Source: a virus (taxonomy: Duplodnaviria > Caudoviricetes). From it: DNA of 64,000 nucleotides. The stretch's first letter is position 1. Every line of letters starts with the position of its first letter. The position numbers and the translations under genes were made by a program. The notes under the pieces were generated by a model. The model was not told the DNA's origin and made no database searches. It was given only the letters and a program-made list of their open reading frames with translations. This document shows, one piece after another, positions 61,570-64,000 of the stretch. Location of the stretch: positions 1-64,000 of the IMG/VR virus record IMGVR_UViG_3300012344_000011. One strand, 5' to 3'.

Positions 61570-64000
61570 TTATCCCTCCTTCTTATTGACTAGCCATTTT
61601 AGACCAATATTTTTTTCGCCAGTTCTTAAATAATCAGACCCTTCTCTTTTTTGCCATATGAAAGAACTTATTTGTTGTCTATCTAAGATCTGAGTTCTTT
61701 TGACATATAGTTTATCTTTTGTAAAATAAGCAATAGGTATTTGCGGCGATCCATCAGAAAAAAATCCAAGACCTTTATCTGTCGCAATTAGATTAACATT
61801 TTTTTGATCAGATGTATCGTCTTGTGTGATCCATCCTAGATATGTACTTATATCTTGATTGCCCTTATTTTCAATAATATCGTCTAAAGTTTTCTTCCCG
61901 CTAGCAGAGGTAAGAAGAAAACCAATTTTACTATTATAAACAAATTTATCATTTAGACTAAAACAAGCGGGAGTTCCAGTTGTTTCCTTTGTGTTTACAG
62001 AAAAGTCAGTTCCACTCAAAGTCATTTTTCCATTTCCAGGAGTTTCAATATCAACTTGAGAGGATGAAATACTAATATGACTACCTTCAATTGAATTTCC
62101 TATAATAATATTTGGAATATTACCTTCTGTAGATAGCTTTATTAATTCAAGCTCTTTACTATCAACGGTTTCAGACATTATAATACCAGAACTATTCATT
62201 TTTAAGTTATTACCATTTGAAGTTAATTGAATTGGAAAATCACCATTGTTAATTTCTACTGCTTTATTTTTAGTAGCCAAAGAAGATATAACTGTTTCTG
62301 AATTAATAGATAACTTTTGATCCTTATAAACAATAGCATCTTTACCAAGAGAAAAAGTTCCGTTATTGTTAAAATAAAAACTAGGAGTTGAGCCGCCTTC
62401 CACGGAAGAAGAAAGACCAGTTTCAGTTATTATAAGTCCACCAATAATTCCTTTTGTAGCAGAAACAGACCCGCTTTTACTTATTGAAAAAATAGGTTCA
62501 CCATTAACATTTTGTTTACAAGTTAGAAAATCTTCTTCAGATGAAATTGTAACCATAGACCCATCTGCTCCAATAGAAGAAAGACTATTAGTATTGATAG
62601 CAAAACCACCAATTTTTCCGCTAAAGGCTTCAATATTTCCCTTTACTGATAATAAAGATGTCGTTTTTTTCGTCTCTTCATTTTTTTCATTGATTAAAAA
62701 TAAAGTAGGTGACTTTATATTGCCAGAATTTAAATCAATAGAAAGTCCGTTAGTAGAAAAAAGTTCATCTTTGTCTTCTTCATAATTAAGAGATTTCAGT
62801 ACACCAGCTTTGATGATATTAGCACTTAAAAAATTTGTTACCAATGAATAATTATTATTACTATCTTTTTCAACACCCCAGCAGCCACTATATTTTTCCC
62901 AGTTTACTTTAGAGATTTCTTCCTCGTTAAAACCTAGCAAGTACTTTGTGACAGCTAATTGATCTTTTAATGTCTGAGAAGAATCTATTGCTTTATTTGT
63001 TGAATCTATTGGAAAACACCAATCTGTCGATGCATCTCCTTCTTCTAATTTTAAAGTTTTTGCCTCTATTCTTACACTAGTAAAAGTGGTAGCAGATGTA
63101 TCTTCACTTTCTGTAAATGAAAAACAAACAGCTCAAACATACTCATTTGTTTTTAAATCTTCTATTTGAAGGCATTTTTTAAAAATAACACTTTCTGTTT
63201 TTATATTTATGTTTTCTACAGAAATTCTTCTCTCTTCTTTTGTCTGTCTAGATCCGATTATTATAGAGACATTTAATACAACCGTTCTATTTGCAGTTGC
63301 CCTGAAAGATAATGTATAAAACCCTTTATTCATAATTTTTTCAACATTTGTAACAAGAATAGATCTGGTAATAACATTATTATTTTTTTCACATTCTTTT
63401 TCTTCTTCATTAATAATTATATCTTTTTCAGTATCTTTCAATAAATTTTCATTAGATCCATTCATTGTAGATTTAGAAATAGAGAGATCGTCGTTGAGCA
63501 ATCCTAGCCTTCCTGCTTTTGAAATACCAAACCAACTATTATCATTAGTTTTAAAAGCGAGGGCGTTGCGATTAACTCTAAAATATTCTGATATATTTTC
63601 ATCTTCATTAGATACCATATCATCGTGCATCGAAAGAAAGTCTTTACCAGCCTCTAAACGTGAACTTTTTGCATAACCAAGCGTTGTTGTAGTTCCAAAT
63701 TGTGCATAAGGTTCATTCGTTTTATCATTCGCTGCACTATATAAAGAAACACCATTAACACCATACTGTGCTATTACTTTGTCATTAGTATCACCTTTAT
63801 TTTTATACTTAAAAGCTAAAGAAGTATTTCCAAGACTAGCTTTAAAACCACTTTTTTTACTATTGTATATATCTAATGTAGCACCCTCTCCATCTTTAGA
63901 AGAGAACTCCATAATATCTGCGGAGCTAATAGAAGTCATATACCATTTTTCGTGAGAACACATAAAGTTCACTGTTTGATTATCTGCCCAGCCATTTACA
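61570..64000 (-). CDS. Large tail (host-specificity/minor structural) protein, 5' end outside window; TGA at 63133
   Basis: ORFs 63133-63972 and 61570-62940 are one frame joined via KLEEGDASTDW; A.SGKIGGF.I repeats. Confidence 0.8.

Noticed and set aside
33851-63135. Nonsense pseudogenes at TGA codons
   Set aside because: Too many, always TGA, at conserved Trp positions with intact downstream sequence
125-63676. Many short antisense/overlapping ORFs in the track (e.g. 125-352, 6974-7162, 8030-8287, 58195-58722, 60286-60834)
   Set aside because: Shadow frames of real genes or RNAs; no RBS or recognisable motifs

Overview
64 kb of an AT-rich (roughly 30% GC by eye) large tailed-phage genome; host not determinable from this window. 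Three blocks: minus strand 1-15.6 kb (virion-like paralogues, RNA ligase/phosphoesterase, tRNAs and candidate ncRNAs, accessory genes), plus strand 15.9-52.5 kb (replication/nucleotide metabolism: type IIA topoisomerase, DNA ligase, ThyX, DnaB, primase, RecJ, two DNA methyltransferases, DnaE, NrdD/NrdG, dUTPase, RuvC-like), minus strand 52.6-64 kb (fibre-like proteins, endolysin/holin, tail proteins). The supplied ORF track is badly fragmented for two real reasons: (1) TGA is read as Trp (about 20 in-frame TGAs, many at conserved Trp positions) and the phage carries its own UCA-anticodon tRNA with an unusual long extra arm; (2) nine group I introns (eight with homing-endonuclease ORFs) split dnaB (3), dnaE (2), nrdD (3) and a membrane-anchored GIY-YIG gene (1); all splice junctions could be reconstructed in frame. 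Additional unexplained signals: strong frame-independent over-representation of CCGCA/TGCGG, twin perfect 34-bp palindromes at the strand switch, two candidate structured ncRNAs beside the tRNAs, a fixed-spacing phage-specific promoter motif, and a paralogous virion-like family sharing a C-terminal VYxG motif. Several single-A homopolymer indels suggest some sequencing error.
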